From the NCBI GenBank assembly GCA_000146465.1, contig CP001950.1: DNA of 64,000 bases; one strand, written 5' to 3'. This document shows positions 19,152-29,703 of the stretch, piece after piece. The first letter of the stretch is position 1. Each line of letters opens with the position of its first letter. The notes under the pieces were generated by a model. That model had not been told where the DNA came from. It ran no database searches and saw only the letters and a list, made by a program, of their open reading frames with translations. The position numbers were made by a program, and so were the translations under genes.

Positions 19152-21122
19152 ATGGGTGTTCCCTCACTATTTAGGTGGCTACAACTCTCCCATAGGGAGG
19201 CAGTGCACAGCATCATGGAAAAGCCATCTGTAGACTGTCTGTATCTCGACTTTAATGCAATAATCCATACATGCATCAAGCCCGGGTTGGGGTCTGAGGA
19301 AGAGATCGAAAGAGATCTGTATAAGACCGTGGGAGACTTCATTGACTACATCCTCCTCAGAACGCGGCCTAGGAAGCTTCTATACATAGCAATCGATGGG
19401 GTGGCTCCCCGAGCAAAGCTGAGCCACCAACGGGCACGCAGATACAAGTCTGCCCTTGGGAAGAAAGAAGGGAAGGCTCCTGTGTCTACTGGGAAGACAG
19501 ATCCTACAGCGTCGTCAATAAGCGAGAAGACTGAGGAGGCCACCGATGTGGAGTTCACAGGAGAAAGCTCCCTATACGACAAATTCATTGCAGAAGATCT
19601 TTCTGAGTCCTCCTCTCTTGCCATGGATGTGGAGGCCGAGAAATTCGATTTGAATTGCATTACTCCCGGAACACCTTTTATGGAAAGACTCCATAATGTT
19701 CTGATTTCCTATATCCAATACAAGCTCAGCAAAGACCCAGAGGTTTCCCATCTGAGAATAATATACTCCAGTTACCTGGTTCCTGGAGAAGGGGAGCAGA
19801 AGATCATGAGCTTCATAAGAAACCAAATTCCAGCTGCAAAGAACGATGTTCACATGATTTACTCGCCTGATGGAGATCTGATCTTTCTTGGGCTCTCTCT
19901 TTACAAAAGCAGGGTGTTGATAATGAGGGACTACTTCAGTCCAAGCAAAGCACGCAAGAAAAAGATCTGCACAAAATGCGGGCGGACAGGACATTCAAAT
20001 GATGAATGTGGAGTGTTTGACAACTACCACTTTGTGTATGTTAACATTGCGGAGCTTAGATCAAGACTTATCAGGGAGTTCAGAAAACACACGACACAGA
20101 GATTCAACGAGGAAAGACTTCTAAGCGACTGGATATTCCTTTGCTTTCTGCTTGGAAATGATTTTGTGCCATCGATCCCGTGCCTCGACATAAGATTCCA
20201 TTCCATCGATACTTTAACAGAGATTATGATGAAAAACTTTTCGGAGACGAAGTCATACATCACCTGCAATACATCCATCAACTACCAAGTGCTTCGGAAC
20301 TTCTACACTATTCTTGCTCGCAAGGAAGACGGTCTTTACCACCGGAAGTCACAGTCTCTGGACAGACTTAGAGAGGAGTTGAAGGACATGCCGAACATTA
20401 TCTATGAGAAGATTCCAATTCATACAAAAACAGGAAAAATTCAATATTACACCTCGAAGCTGAATGCCAAAACAGACTCTGACATCAAGAACATATGTTA
20501 TGAATACATCAAGGCACTCTACTGGGTATATTCATACTATATTCTTGGATACACCGGATGGGACTGGTATTATCCACACCATTTTGCACCTCTTGCAGCA
20601 GATCTGTCGAAGCTTTCCATCAGTGAGATCCGAATCAACTCTGGGCTTCCCTTGAGGCCTCTAGAGCAGCTTTTGGTTGTCCTCCCGCCAATGAGTAAGG
20701 GAATGGTTCCCCGAGAGCTTCAACCGATATTCAACAACTACAAGGACTACTATCCAGAAGATGTAGAAACCGACATGTTTGATAAGGTTTATCTGTGGCA
20801 AGAAGTTGTTCTTCTTCCGTTCATGGACTTCCGAAGTATTTTGTCCGAAAATGCTTCAAGATTCAACTCCCTTGGATATGAGGATTTAAGCAGAAACCTA
20901 AGAAGTTTAGATCTGTTCTTCACAGTTGACAAGAAGTCTACAGAGACCATCTTGAACATGTACTCGGAGCTCAAGCCAATGTGTTTTATCAAAGACCCTG
21001 GATACACCGGAAATCTCTCCCCTTATTCATCTGCAAGCTTCCCTGGAGACATGGCTGAGTACAACGGTACTCAATTCGTTAACAGAACCATTGCGGGCTT
21101 GATAGAGCCGAAGAAGAATTAA
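19152..21122 (+). CDS. RAT1: 5'-3' exoribonuclease, XRN2/Rat1 type (reduced, 656 aa)
   Basis: XRN N-terminus MGVPSLFRWL...YLDFNAIIH...IAIDGVAPRAKL.HQRARR; CCHC zinc knuckle CTKCGRTGHSNDEC typical of XRN2. Confidence 0.85.
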   Translation: MGVPSLFRWLQLSHREAVHSIMEKPSVDCLYLDFNAIIHTCIKPGLGSEEEIERDLYKTVGDFIDYILLRTRPRKLLYIAIDGVAPRAKLSHQRARRYKSALGKKEGKAPVSTGKTDPTASSISEKTEEATDVEFTGESSLYDKFIAEDLSESSSLAMDVEAEKFDLNCITPGTPFMERLHNVLISYIQYKLSKDPEVSHLRIIYSSYLVPGEGEQKIMSFIRNQIPAAKNDVHMIYSPDGDLIFLGLSLYKSRVLIMRDYFSPSKARKKKICTKCGRTGHSNDECGVFDNYHFVYVNIAELRSRLIREFRKHTTQRFNEERLLSDWIFLCFLLGNDFVPSIPCLDIRFHSIDTLTEIMMKNFSETKSYITCNTSINYQVLRNFYTILARKEDGLYHRKSQSLDRLREELKDMPNIIYEKIPIHTKTGKIQYYTSKLNAKTDSDIKNICYEYIKALYWVYSYYILGYTGWDWYYPHHFAPLAADLSKLSISEIRINSGLPLRPLEQLLVVLPPMSKGMVPRELQPIFNNYKDYYPEDVETDMFDKVYLWQEVVLLPFMDFRSILSENASRFNSLGYEDLSRNLRSLDLFFTVDKKSTETILNMYSELKPMCFIKDPGYTGNLSPYSSASFPGDMAEYNGTQFVNRTIAGLIEPKKN

Positions 21123-21139
21123 ATACCGCCTCTGAGTTT

Positions 21140-22417
21140 TTAATCGAAATCCTTCATATCAAATCTCACCACTTCCAGCTCTCTTGTTCCTGTGTCCAGA
21201 ACAACCACTTCATGTCTCTTGGAAAACTTTGGGATTGTAAAAAACAATGTGGAGTTATCTTCGGATTGCCCATCAAGAAACTCGTCGGTGCCTCCTACAC
21301 AGAAATAGTCGATTGGATCCGCCACAACAAATAGGTCTTTTCCTGAGAAAGGCACCGATGGCACAGTATCAGGGGCTGTTGGACAGACATGGCCCGCTTT
21401 CATTAGCACTCTCATTGCATTTATAATGTTCCTTTCACTGTTCATACTTTTTGGCCTTATATCTTCTATCTTCTCCATGTCCAGATGCATTTTGTATTCA
21501 AAGGCCTCTCCCTGGACATCCTTCAGGTCCTGGGGGAGATATCTTAGAATATCTTCAATCACAAATCTTGTTGTGGTTAGTACCTTTCTTCCATCTATGT
21601 CCAACCGGCAGGGATTTGCGTGAGAAGCCACAGCAAATGTAAACAGCTTTGGATGGACAGGCATCAAAGGTAGAATTTTCGATCCAAAGTCTCCTGTGTT
21701 TGGAACAAGATTAATCTTTGCCTTGGCATATCCCAGAACATCATCCAGCTCAGAAAGCATCTGTCTACTGACTTCCTTGCTCTCCCCAAAAAAACTTCCA
21801 ATGACAACATATTCGCTCACCCCAACGATTCTCAGGTAGTCGCATAGAACCATCATTCTTTCTTTGTTTTTACTTCCATCGTCTAGAGAAAGTCCGCTTA
21901 TGAAGCAGAGCCTTTTGCCTGGCCTTACTTCGCTAAAACCCAAAGGAAGGCTCCGGGGATTCGAAAACGGGAAAATAATGTCCTCTGCAAGGAATTTTCC
22001 CTTTTTTGCTCTCCTTCCTTGGACTCCGACACACATCCCGGTGCATAACACAAAATGCTTCCGGTATATATCCCCGACATCGAGGAACTCAAGCTCTATT
22101 CTCCCACTCCCGTCTTCTAAGAGATATTTTATGTCCTCTGTGTAGTATGTCTTCGTTTCCACCTCTTTGAGCTTCTTGGATTTTCTGTCGATCTTGTCGA
22201 ATATCGAAGGCTTCAAGTCGCTGGCCACAAAAAGAGTCCCGACAATCACACATGTTGAGGTATCCAACTCCTCCTCAACCCCAAGAATCGTGTCCAATAT
22301 AGGAACCCCGTTCTGGGCCCTTACAGACCTTATAATATAAGGCTTTAACTCTGCAAGCCTTGCATCATATGTTCTGTTGAATTGGTGCTCGTAGCTCACC
22401 GATGCCAGATCATCCAT
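21140..22417 (-). CDS. POL31: DNA polymerase delta subunit 2 (Pol31/POLD2-like B subunit)
   Basis: QFNRTYDARLAELKP motif of the pol delta B-subunit OB fold plus a calcineurin-like phosphoesterase region. Confidence 0.7.
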   Translation of the reverse strand: MDDLASVSYEHQFNRTYDARLAELKPYIIRSVRAQNGVPILDTILGVEEELDTSTCVIVGTLFVASDLKPSIFDKIDRKSKKLKEVETKTYYTEDIKYLLEDGSGRIELEFLDVGDIYRKHFVLCTGMCVGVQGRRAKKGKFLAEDIIFPFSNPRSLPLGFSEVRPGKRLCFISGLSLDDGSKNKERMMVLCDYLRIVGVSEYVVIGSFFGESKEVSRQMLSELDDVLGYAKAKINLVPNTGDFGSKILPLMPVHPKLFTFAVASHANPCRLDIDGRKVLTTTRFVIEDILRYLPQDLKDVQGEAFEYKMHLDMEKIEDIRPKSMNSERNIINAMRVLMKAGHVCPTAPDTVPSVPFSGKDLFVVADPIDYFCVGGTDEFLDGQSEDNSTLFFTIPKFSKRHEVVVLDTGTRELEVVRFDMKDFD

Positions 22418-22508
22418 AAGAGAAACAGGGGTTAAAGAGGTCTCGTCCCATGGAAAGTAAATAGTTTATTGAAGTGTTGAGGCCATGAGGGTTTATAATA
22501 GAGAAGGC

Positions 22509-23381
22509 CTATCTCCGGAAATGTATATAGAACTCATGGATACTCCCGGCAACCTCCTCTAATATCGGCAGGTCAAAGGGAAAAAAGTATAGGCAGTCGT
22601 GGTCGTGGCTGGAAAACTCTTTGCATTCGTAATCAAACAGCTCACAAAACATCTCAACCACATTCTTGTTCATATATCTCGCCATTCCAGAACTGAAGAT
22701 CCGTTCTATGATGTCCTTTGCATCTGCTACAGACTCTCTTCTGAAGCAAGAGATATACAAAAGACATTGATGAGCTGCAACCGATTGGATCGAAAGAGAC
22801 TTTCCATACGATCGGACATAGGCCTGATAGTCTTGGACATACATTGCCTTAAGACCCTCGTCCACTTTGCACCTCACAATTAAAGATGATAGATAGGGAA
22901 GAAACGCAATTGGATTTTTGCGGACTAGTTCGAGCAGAAACCCAAAGACTGCTTGTGGATTTCGATGGCATAGCTTGAAGAGGAGGAACTGGATGTTCCG
23001 TGTCCTTGAGAGCATCGAAGTCTCAAAGGCCTTGAACACCTCGTCGATCTTGAAGTCGTATATAGCATTGTCTAGATTCTCATATGCAAATAGAAACAGC
23101 TTGATCTTCTCTCTGAGCTTTGCATGGCCTCCCTCTATAGGTGTGTCGTAGTCGGAAACCACCTCGTCCCATTCATCCTGCGTCAGTATCCCATGCATCA
23201 CACTGATGTAGGCATCAAGATTCGTAAGTTCCCGTACAAGACTCTGAATGGTAGGTCTCATCAATGTTCTATCATGTGCGTAGAGTACCATTCTGTCTGC
23301 AACAGACAGATCAATAGGCGCCTTCCTCAAGCTCTCCAGGAATTCCAATCTTTCTTTATAAGTTAACGCCATGGGGATCAA
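22509..23381 (-). CDS. RRN3: RNA polymerase I initiation factor Rrn3-like (reduced)
   Basis: C-terminal YFFPFDLP resembles the Rrn3 YFPFDPY motif; helical repeat character; CCCC immediately upstream of ATG. Confidence 0.45.
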   Translation of the reverse strand: MIPMALTYKERLEFLESLRKAPIDLSVADRMVLYAHDRTLMRPTIQSLVRELTNLDAYISVMHGILTQDEWDEVVSDYDTPIEGGHAKLREKIKLFLFAYENLDNAIYDFKIDEVFKAFETSMLSRTRNIQFLLFKLCHRNPQAVFGFLLELVRKNPIAFLPYLSSLIVRCKVDEGLKAMYVQDYQAYVRSYGKSLSIQSVAAHQCLLYISCFRRESVADAKDIIERIFSSGMARYMNKNVVEMFCELFDYECKEFSSHDHDCLYFFPFDLPILEEVAGSIHEFYIHFRR

Positions 23382-23440
23382 TTTTTTTACAGTTTAATGC
23401 AAAAGTTCGAATCTACAAGACTAAAGATATTTATTTGGTA

Positions 23441-24514
23441 TTATTTTAAAGACATCTTATCTCTTCCCGGTGGGGGCCCTGATTTCCACTCCTCCTCAAG
23501 CCTCTTGTAGTACTTCTTGTGTTCCTCCAAGTTCGAGAGGGCTTGATTGTATAGGAATCTGAAGTCTTCAAACACTAGGGAAAACGAGTCTGCCAGAGGA
23601 ATCGATATCTTCTCCAACAGATTGACATCTTCAGATATGTCTTGAAGGGTTCTACGATAATTATCATCGTCGTACATCTCCGACCAGAATGCAATCGAGT
23701 TCTTGTTGAAGATTCTGTAGTCCTTGTAGCACGATCCAAGATCGGCTATCTTCACGATCATTTTGAGCTCGATCTCCGATATTTCTCCAGCCGCCTTGTT
23801 CCTTATCTTTCTCCCTTTCCTTTCCTCAAAGTATTTAGTATTGAACTCCTCGATTATCTCTTTGTTCATCTTCAAGTCCGTTGCAAATATCATTTCTTTG
23901 ATGAAGTTCAATTTTTCCCTCATCTCTTCATCCTCCAGGTCTCCAAACAGTGCATGCCTATACTTGCTGATAATCCTTTTGCATATAGTTGCATGGATCA
24001 GTTCAAAGGACATTGTTTCATCAGAGTTCCCGTACAGGCTCGACAGTCTTTCGATCTTTTCTCGGTTTTTCTCTCCAGGATGCCCTATATCGTGTAGTAC
24101 AAGCGCTATCATCAAGCACATCTTATCCATTATCGGTAAAGAGTATTTCTTCTCCAGTCTTTGAAGAATAAAGTCCCCAAAATATAGTGTGTTTATCAAA
24201 TGATCAAGGTTGTGGTACTTATGGGGAAGCATATGAAAAAATGAAAATGAAAAAAAGGAGTCCAATGTCTCCGGACTCACCCCAAGAAGACTAAACCTAG
24301 AATCTCTCAGAATCGTTTTTATAGCTGCCGATATTCCATCGGCAAGAGATATTTCTTCTAGGTGAAAGAACCTGTAAGAAAATAAATTCATTGGAAGGTC
24401 TTCCATCGACTTGGAGCCAAAGTCCTTTCTATCTTGAACAGTTCTTATTATTACATCGAATGCATCCTTAGATATCTCTTTATCTTGATTCATTCCCGTT
24501 TGGATTTCTACCAA
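23441..24514 (-). CDS. 3',5'-cyclic nucleotide phosphodiesterase (class I PDE catalytic domain)
   Basis: YHNLDH...LVLHDIGHPG...ATDL metal-binding motifs of the PDEase HD domain. Confidence 0.75.
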   Translation of the reverse strand: MVEIQTGMNQDKEISKDAFDVIIRTVQDRKDFGSKSMEDLPMNLFSYRFFHLEEISLADGISAAIKTILRDSRFSLLGVSPETLDSFFSFSFFHMLPHKYHNLDHLINTLYFGDFILQRLEKKYSLPIMDKMCLMIALVLHDIGHPGEKNREKIERLSSLYGNSDETMSFELIHATICKRIISKYRHALFGDLEDEEMREKLNFIKEMIFATDLKMNKEIIEEFNTKYFEERKGRKIRNKAAGEISEIELKMIVKIADLGSCYKDYRIFNKNSIAFWSEMYDDDNYRRTLQDISEDVNLLEKISIPLADSFSLVFEDFRFLYNQALSNLEEHKKYYKRLEEEWKSGPPPGRDKMSLK

Positions 24515-24623
24515 GGGTCGATATACAAAGTATTTCTTTATTCTATGCCTTTTGATACGGTTTTTTCTTTAATTTAATATTAAAAAATTTATTCGTTAAC
24601 AATAACCATATCTTCAGGTAATA

Positions 24624-25193
24624 TCATGTAGCCGAAAAGTTAAAATTTTCTCTTTCATTTTCTATAACAGAAATTCCCAGATTGTTTTTGAATGCCTGGA
24701 CTGCGATGATATAATGAGGTGTCTTGAGATCGACCTTTAGAGAAAGGTTTCCTGTTATGAGGTCGAAGACCTTTTCCTTTGTATCTGGGTGGCACATTCT
24801 TCCCTCATACATGATTTTATAGCTCTTGTTTTCATCAAGCCCTCTAATGCTTTCCAGAACTTTCCCTTCATCAAACCGGAAGAATTCTTCCAGAGGCCTT
24901 ATAGGGAGTACATATTCAAATCTCGTTTCTGATTCCCGAAGCTTGGAAAATAGTGCTGAAGACGACTCACTACTTCGGTTCTCTAGGAACAGAATACATC
25001 TGTATCCATCGTGTTTGCGAAACTTTGTTGAGCTTTTATATTCTTCAATTTCCTCTTCAAGAATCTTTCGAATGCTTTTTCCTGCAGTATCTTTCTTTGG
25101 GGTCTCAATCAGCCCCTCTAGCTTTCCAACCACTTCTTTTAGTCCTTTGGTCTCTTTGTTCAGACGGCAGGAGACAAAGAAGCCAGTTCTCAT
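24624..25193 (-). CDS. THUMP-domain protein (Tan1/THUMPD1-like)
   Basis: C-terminal THUMP-like segment (IIAVQAFKNNLGISV); size 189 aa. Confidence 0.5.
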   Translation of the reverse strand: MRTGFFVSCRLNKETKGLKEVVGKLEGLIETPKKDTAGKSIRKILEEEIEEYKSSTKFRKHDGYRCILFLENRSSESSSALFSKLRESETRFEYVLPIRPLEEFFRFDEGKVLESIRGLDENKSYKIMYEGRMCHPDTKEKVFDLITGNLSLKVDLKTPHYIIAVQAFKNNLGISVIENERENFNFSAT

Positions 25194-25239
25194 GGGGTGA
25201 TGGCGTGATATCTCTTACAGCCTTGCCCCGGAGATCTAA

Positions 25240-27093
25240 ATGGAAGGAAAATCCGACGTGGAAATCATAGAGGAGTACACCGAGCTTCTTGGAAGCCATG
25301 AAAGCCTGTACAGAAGAAAGACATTGCTTGCAGGTGTTGAAGAAAGAGATCTGTCCTACTTCAACTTCATTGGACAGAACAAATGTAGGAAAACAGTTGT
25401 AGGGTTGTTTGGTTTTGGAGGAGCAGGAAAAACATCCTTGGTTAAGCTGCTTGGAAGCAGAAGTACCATCCAGGCCACTCGTGAGTGTCTATCTACAGAG
25501 ACCCCTTATGAGGCCGAGAGAAGATGCACGATCCATGTCCATCCGACCACTGTTTTCTTGCAAAGAAAAAACGGTATTTCACACATAATGACACTTTTAG
25601 ACACACCCGGACATGCGGATCTGATTCCAGAGACCATCAAGACATTAGAACAGGTAGATACAGTTGTTATGGTTCTTGACATCTGTAGAGATTTATCTCT
25701 CCAGTACGAACTACTTTTTGGTGCTATTGAAGCAAGTAAAAAACCTTTGATTGTGGTATTCAACAAGATGGACCTCATTGGAAAAGAAGGCATTGCAGTT
25801 GCAGCTAGCAGGATAAAATATCTTCGAGATATTATTGAAGCATACTTAAATCCCAGATGCTGGTTTGTAAGCTCTTTCAAGGAGTCCAAGCTCAGTAAAC
25901 TGGATACAACCATAGGCAGATTAATTGAAGAGTATGTAGATGACTTCGATTCATTTATAGAAAGAATTATCAGTAAGGAGCCAATAACACATGGCGATAG
26001 AGACAAGATGGAATGTCTAACTGGGTTTCTATGGGTTGGGGGAGTATTATTGTGCAGCCTTGTGCCTAAAACCGACATCGGTGTAGGATTCCAAGTTGAA
26101 GTGTATGGTACTACCCTGACAATTGAAAGACTCTATCTTCCATTTCCAGGATGTCTTGTGAAAACCCAACAAATTCAAAGCAAGATTGGAGTATTGGCAA
26201 AGTTCCCAGAGGACATGCTACAAAAGGTTGTGATCCCGGGATTCCAAAGGGACCCGAGATTGATGAAGGAGGTTCTTAAAAGAAAAGGAGTGGAATATGG
26301 TAATCCAGAGTTTCTTGAAGTAGAAGATCCCCTGGTTCGAGTCCAGGTGAGTCCTGATAATGAAGATCACTTCTCATTGGGGACTTGGAAGTTAAGGTTA
26401 ATGTATCCAAGTCTGAAGATCGACGGAAAGATTCTGTATGGAGACGGGGAGTTGTTTATGGATACAGTGCTGTATGACTTAAGGAATAGCCTAGGCATAA
26501 AGTTTGAGGTTCTAAGTGTTTCTTCAAATCTTAAGGAAATCTTTGGAGTCTCGTTTACAGAGGAAGTGGATACAGGAAGAGGCCTGGTAGTTGTCAAGGG
26601 AGGCCCTACCAGAACTATGGGCAAAATCCATGACTTTGGAGCAGTAGAGAAACGGATACTGGACAGGGGACTTCTGGCCAAAGATCCCTTTGTACATTCA
26701 TATTTAGAAGTATCTCCTGTGAGCGAAGAAGTGGAGTTGGAATGTCTTAAAAGGTTGGAGAATTCTGTGATCGGACATGTCTCACTTCTAGAGCCTCTAT
26801 ATCTAGTCGAAATAGTATATACTTCAGACTCCGAGGATTTGGTCAATGAAGTGATCACCTCTTCCTTTGGAGAAATCATCTCCCGAAAGCCTTCTCCCTT
26901 CAACGAACTCAAAAACATCCTGTGCTACATCCCTGTTCCAGAGTCGTTTGGGTTTGAGACCGACCTTAGGGTCTATTCCTGCTCAAGAGCAGACTGCGTC
27001 AAGATACCCTTTTATTGGCGTCCTGTGGCAGACAAAGACAGGACTCACCGTCTAGCTAGATTCATAAGAAAAGCCAAAAGGCCCGAGCCATAG
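25240..27093 (+). CDS. EF-2 family translational-type GTPase, divergent (Snu114/EFL1-like); P-loop degenerate
   Basis: DTPGHADL (G3) and NKMD (G4); C-terminal EPLYLVEI....PVPESFGFETDLR matches the EF2/Snu114 domain V; G1 reads GFGGAGKTS instead of the canonical AHVDHGKST. Confidence 0.65.
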   Translation: MEGKSDVEIIEEYTELLGSHESLYRRKTLLAGVEERDLSYFNFIGQNKCRKTVVGLFGFGGAGKTSLVKLLGSRSTIQATRECLSTETPYEAERRCTIHVHPTTVFLQRKNGISHIMTLLDTPGHADLIPETIKTLEQVDTVVMVLDICRDLSLQYELLFGAIEASKKPLIVVFNKMDLIGKEGIAVAASRIKYLRDIIEAYLNPRCWFVSSFKESKLSKLDTTIGRLIEEYVDDFDSFIERIISKEPITHGDRDKMECLTGFLWVGGVLLCSLVPKTDIGVGFQVEVYGTTLTIERLYLPFPGCLVKTQQIQSKIGVLAKFPEDMLQKVVIPGFQRDPRLMKEVLKRKGVEYGNPEFLEVEDPLVRVQVSPDNEDHFSLGTWKLRLMYPSLKIDGKILYGDGELFMDTVLYDLRNSLGIKFEVLSVSSNLKEIFGVSFTEEVDTGRGLVVVKGGPTRTMGKIHDFGAVEKRILDRGLLAKDPFVHSYLEVSPVSEEVELECLKRLENSVIGHVSLLEPLYLVEIVYTSDSEDLVNEVITSSFGEIISRKPSPFNELKNILCYIPVPESFGFETDLRVYSCSRADCVKIPFYWRPVADKDRTHRLARFIRKAKRPEP

Positions 27094-27129
27094 AATATTA
27101 GGCCGCAGACATCCTTTATTAATGAAGAG

Positions 27130-27933
27130 TTACTTTTTCATTCCACTTTCCAATACTGCAGCCCTGTAGCTTTCATATATTTCTCCTGCAGTGTGATCAA
27201 TGAGTCCATAGATATGGGTACTGAGAAGCAGCTCCCTCAATGCAGGAAGGTCGCAATGCTCCGGGTTGTCTATACTCACCTTTCCCCACTGATAGTTTCT
27301 AGCCCGTGAGTCGAGGTTTTCTCCATCTGCAGAAATGATCAGAAACGGAACAAGGCTGTTTAGATCATTTCCTGCTGTCGGGGAGGAATAGAGCTCGGGA
27401 TCATCCAGGTTAAATGTAGGGATCTTGTAGTATTTTAGCTGTCTTATGACCTGCTTCTTGATCTCAATTCTCTCAGAAATACTCAGCCCGTCGGCTTTAC
27501 TGATCACAGGGATAATGTTAACCAACCCCGAGATCTTCTTCAGAAACACAATGTCTCTGTTCTTAAGCCCAAAAGATGTTGAAGGTATGAAATACAGGAG
27601 GCAATGGACTCTTGTGTCTTCGTACTTGGGATTTCTCCGGATCTTGGATTCCTCTGTTATGAACATGTCTAGCTGAGCTTTGATAAAGTTACAGATTGTC
27701 TCCTGGATCTCTGTATCGTCAAAGGTTTCTCCAAACCCTGGCGTGTCTATCAGGGTGATTCTTTGCATGATTCCTTCGCAGTCCAGGTTAAGCATATAGA
27801 GATCGATCCCTTCTTGGCCTTTCGATGTGATAATCTCTTTCCCTATCAGAGTGTTGAAGAACGATGACTTTCCAGATCCCTTCGGCCCGGCTGCCATGAT
27901 CGTGAATCTTCTGTTCTGTCTCCGAATAATCAT
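27130..27933 (-). CDS. Septin (reduced, 267 aa)
   Basis: GPKGSGKSS (G1), DTPGFGE (G3) and SKAD (G4) in septin spacing. Confidence 0.75.
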   Translation of the reverse strand: MIIRRQNRRFTIMAAGPKGSGKSSFFNTLIGKEIITSKGQEGIDLYMLNLDCEGIMQRITLIDTPGFGETFDDTEIQETICNFIKAQLDMFITEESKIRRNPKYEDTRVHCLLYFIPSTSFGLKNRDIVFLKKISGLVNIIPVISKADGLSISERIEIKKQVIRQLKYYKIPTFNLDDPELYSSPTAGNDLNSLVPFLIISADGENLDSRARNYQWGKVSIDNPEHCDLPALRELLLSTHIYGLIDHTAGEIYESYRAAVLESGMKK

Positions 27934-27989
27934 TTGTTTGTTTATTAGCCTAAAGATTTAATAACAAAAGCCGGAACTTTTGGTCTCTA

Positions 27990-28646
27990 TCATTCTAGGC
28001 AAGGTGAAAAGAAGTCTTTGAAGCACTTGCTAATAGCATGGCAAGCATCCACTCCTTCAAGAATCGAGGATTGGAGCCTCTCCTGCACAATCCTTCCGTT
28101 CAGAGATAAGTAAGCAATATTCTTTTTGTTCATTAGATATGCAACAGTAACAACAGGAGTCTTCAGGCTTTCCTCAGTAGACGTAAGGTCAATACAACCC
28201 TCCGAAACAGTGGCTGAATAGCACATATCCCTCAGAGGGATTCCAAAGTATGACAAGCACAAAGTTATGCAATTAATCATTGCAGAAAGAAGAGATCCCC
28301 CATCTTCCCGGACAATAACTTTGATGTCTGCCGATCCTTCAGGAAGCAGGACGCTACTGAAGATGTCCAGTAAAAGCCCCTCATATTCCAGTGCTCTTCT
28401 CTCGTTGATAGGCTCTTGTCTTGAGACCACGTAGAACTCAACCCCAATGCTTATCTTCCCAACCTCTCGAGAACCTCTACATGCAGCAGACACCTGGGTA
28501 TTTCCCTGTCTTATCTCCACAATCCCTTCGTCTCCAACCATTCTTCTCCTTGCCTCGACCCTTCTTAACTCCTTGGGCTTTCTTCCATCTTCTCGGAATC
28601 CCTGTTCAGAGACTAGCATGGCACCAGGACCGAAACAATTTTGCAT
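27990..28646 (-). CDS. Exosome RNase PH-like subunit (Rrp41/Rrp46 type)
   Basis: DGRKPKELRRVEA...IRQGNTQVSAACRG parallels the Rrp41 RLDGRR..ELR......GNT.VLA..YGP motif. Confidence 0.7.
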   Translation of the reverse strand: MQNCFGPGAMLVSEQGFREDGRKPKELRRVEARRRMVGDEGIVEIRQGNTQVSAACRGSREVGKISIGVEFYVVSRQEPINERRALEYEGLLLDIFSSVLLPEGSADIKVIVREDGGSLLSAMINCITLCLSYFGIPLRDMCYSATVSEGCIDLTSTEESLKTPVVTVAYLMNKKNIAYLSLNGRIVQERLQSSILEGVDACHAISKCFKDFFSPCLE

Positions 28647-28701
28647 AAAATAGCCTTTTGGAGCTGAAAAAAGATTCGCTGGGGAAATCCTCTAAAACAC
28701 A

Positions 28702-29346
28702 ATGGGCCCTGAGTATGCACAATGTAAGGATTTACTTAATTCCAAGAACGTTCGGGATATTGTAAACATATCGAGGCTGCTTGGAATGCCACAGAAGGCC
28801 ACATACTTTACCCTGGCAATTTATTACAAATATATCTTCATGCTCAAGGACAGAGAGGCCATTCCAATAGGTGCAGCATGCATATTACTATCTGGAAAGG
28901 TAAATGGATCACTGAGAAGCCTTGGGCAGATTCTAAGGACAAGCTACAAATACTATGGAATGGATCCAGAAAGGTTTTTTCAGGAAGACTACAAGGATGC
29001 AATCGACATTGAACTTCATGCTTGTATTGCAATGGACTTTAACTTCGAGATGGAGGATCCTTATGGATTTCTGGAGAAGATGTGCATGGACAACGACATT
29101 GACAGGTCAAGGGCGCAAACTATATGGGTTATGCTGAACGATACAATGTATCTACCCTTCGTACTGTCGTTCAGCATAAAAAGCATTGTTGTAAGCTGTA
29201 TATTTATTTCAGACATTGTCAGGGGCAATGGAGAAGAGGACATCAATGGATTCAAAGACAAGTACAAGCTCGCTGAAATTGATAGTGCAGAAATCGGGTT
29301 TATTTCCAACGAGATTGTATCGTTCTATGAGCGTGTATTGAAATAG
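28702..29346 (+). CDS. Transcription-type cyclin (cyclin C/H family)
   Basis: Cyclin box helices (ATYFTLAIYYKYIFM...AAACILLSGK); size 214 aa. Confidence 0.55.
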   Translation: MGPEYAQCKDLLNSKNVRDIVNISRLLGMPQKATYFTLAIYYKYIFMLKDREAIPIGAACILLSGKVNGSLRSLGQILRTSYKYYGMDPERFFQEDYKDAIDIELHACIAMDFNFEMEDPYGFLEKMCMDNDIDRSRAQTIWVMLNDTMYLPFVLSFSIKSIVVSCIFISDIVRGNGEEDINGFKDKYKLAEIDSAEIGFISNEIVSFYERVLK

Positions 29347-29384
29347 ACAGACATCCACATCGAAAGATTGGCTTCTGAATGATG

Positions 29385-29636
29385 TTATGACATGGTATTT
29401 TTGCAACATTCATCCACCCAGGCTGAATACACATCGATGCCTGTGGTAAGCTTGTTTGCTTCGCAGGTGAAGCTTGCGTCACACACAGAGCAATTTGCAA
29501 ATCCTTTCATCAATGGCCTCTTGACTGTACATTGGACAACGTTTTCATGGTTGCAGACCGGACAGTTGAATCTCTTTTCGAGTTTGGACTGCCTTTTTGG
29601 GGCGTTAATCTTTCTCTTTACCCTTTTCCTACTCAT
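29385..29636 (-). CDS. ELF1: Transcription elongation factor 1 (Elf1) zinc-finger protein
   Basis: KRFNCPVCNHENVVQC......CSVCDASF......IDVYSAWVDEC closely matches Elf1 (FNCLFCNHEKSVSC...CKICGQSF...VDVYSDWFD). Confidence 0.85.
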   Translation of the reverse strand: MSRKRVKRKINAPKRQSKLEKRFNCPVCNHENVVQCTVKRPLMKGFANCSVCDASFTCEANKLTTGIDVYSAWVDECCKNTMS

Positions 29637-29703
29637 AAGGGGATCTTTGAAGCTAAATTAACATATCTCTTGGATACATGAGGGTGGGATTTCCAACCCA
29701 GAA

